Shown piece after piece: positions 7,786 through 9,026 of a DNA stretch of 9,026 nucleotides (within the stretch, counting starts at the first letter, position 1; the number at the start of each line of letters is the position of its first letter). Under the pieces are notes generated by a model. That model was given only the letters and a program-made list of their open reading frames with translations, did not search any database and was not told the DNA's origin. The DNA is taken from contig NW_021828215.1 of the NCBI RefSeq assembly GCF_006345805.1, positions 1 to 9,026 on the forward strand, written 5' to 3'. The stretch comes from Octopus sinensis (Eukaryota). A program made the translations under genes and the position numbers.

Positions 7786-8397
7786 TTTTATACAAACAAA
7801 TGACACATCTCCTAAATTACAGCTGTTTCCGCTTCATTAATAAAACGAAGTTTTTCAAGAATTATCAAATCCGTTTAAGTATGTAATGATGCTTCATCAG
7901 ATTGACATACCTCCTTAACTATTTGACGATAAATATAAAATGAAAATATGCATAATTTCTAAATCTTTACAAAGACGCTATATAAACAAGCTTAATCATT
8001 AATACATAAATAATCTAACTGAAATTTTGCAAATTCACAACTTTAAATCTATAACTATTCCGTATGTGTGTATGTGTTTATATAAATATATATAAATATG
8101 TGCATACATAAACCGGTTATAGAACGGAATAGTTATAGAATTAAGATTATGAATTTACAAAATTTCAGTTAGATTATTTACTTATTTATGATTAAACTCA
8201 TTCATATAGCGTCTATATAAAGATTTAGAAATAGATATTTTCATTTTATATTTTTTGTCAAATTGTTAAGAAGGTATGTTAATCAGATGAAGCAATATTA
8301 CATATTTAAACGCATTTGATTATTCTTGAAACAACTTCGTTTTATTAATGAAGCGGAAACAGCTGTAATTTAGGAGATGTGTCATTTCTATAAAATA
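7784..8397. mobile_element. Large fold-back (long-TIR) element / near-palindrome, superfamily unassigned
   Basis: 7798-8063 aligns to rc(8124-8387) with 29 differences over 267 columns (~89%). The outer 55 bp are identical and the spacer is 60 bp. A further TATTTTATA/TATAAAATA inverted match reaches 7784/8397. Confidence 0.85.
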
Positions 8398-8460
8398 TTA
8401 AGATTGAATTGAATTCATAATTGTTCAATTTATTGTTTTGTTTTTCCATTTCTGATTTAC

Positions 8461-8543
<83 letters not shown>

Positions 8544-8717
8544 CATACATACGTATTTATGCACGTACATATATTTACTCAAACACACCCACATAACATA
8601 CCTGTACATTCAAATATACGTGTACATATATATATACATATATATATATATAGTTTATTAATAAAGCTGCAAAGGCATCACAAAAGAAACTGTTACTCAG
8701 AGTTTCATGTTCCCGCA

Positions 8718-8758
8718 CGTCGGGCAGTTTTGGTTGAGACAACCAAAACTGTCCGATG
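8718..8758 (+). other. 19-bp stem hairpin with a 3-nt loop
   Basis: CGTCGGGCAGTTTTGGTTG-AGA-CAACCAAAACTGTCCGATG; 17 Watson-Crick and 2 G:T pairs. Confidence 0.75.
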
Positions 8759-9026
8759 AGCATTTTACTCTACCTCCGGTATTCGAGTACTATTTTTCTC
8801 ACTTTGTTTTTCATATTTATGTGCTTCACTTCCCGAGCGTTAAACTAATACATCTGTTAGTTCTTTACACACCCTTCATCGTCTTTTTTATTCTTTTTTT
8901 TTGTGTAAATTCTCACTATGTGTGTGTGTGTGTGTGTGTGTATGTGTGTGTGTGTGTATGTGTGTGTGTGTGTGTCTGTGTGTGTGTCGTTGAATGCTCA
9001 AAAGGAGGAGTAGATAGACAGCCAAC

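Overview
Non-prokaryotic, AT-rich, microsatellite-saturated animal genomic DNA. It is most likely from an octopus or other coleoid cephalopod, inferred from recalled octopus SINE/MITE families and the extreme simple-repeat density; no search was run. No intact protein-coding gene, RNA gene or CRISPR array is supported, and nearly all ORFs in the track are artefacts of di-/tri-/tetranucleotide repeats. Supported content: two inverted copies of one tRNA-derived SINE family (283-489 minus, 6617-6830 plus); a second SINE family (4392-4760 minus) nested inside a hAT MITE with an 8-bp TSD (4206-4863); another hAT MITE with an 8-bp TSD (712-858); an internally deleted DD37D/maT-type Tc1/mariner element (1504-2382); a pogo/Tigger-like MITE (2945-3167); and several unclassified fold-back elements. 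The largest fold-back is a ~600-bp near-palindrome (7784-8397) with ~265-bp arms at ~89% identity and perfectly matched outer 55 bp. A GC/CpG-richer, strand-biased trinucleotide region (4870-5830) may be an exon or promoter of a minus-strand gene, but this is weak. I found no convincing new multi-gene system. The most interesting signal is the density of fold-back, dsRNA-forming structures.
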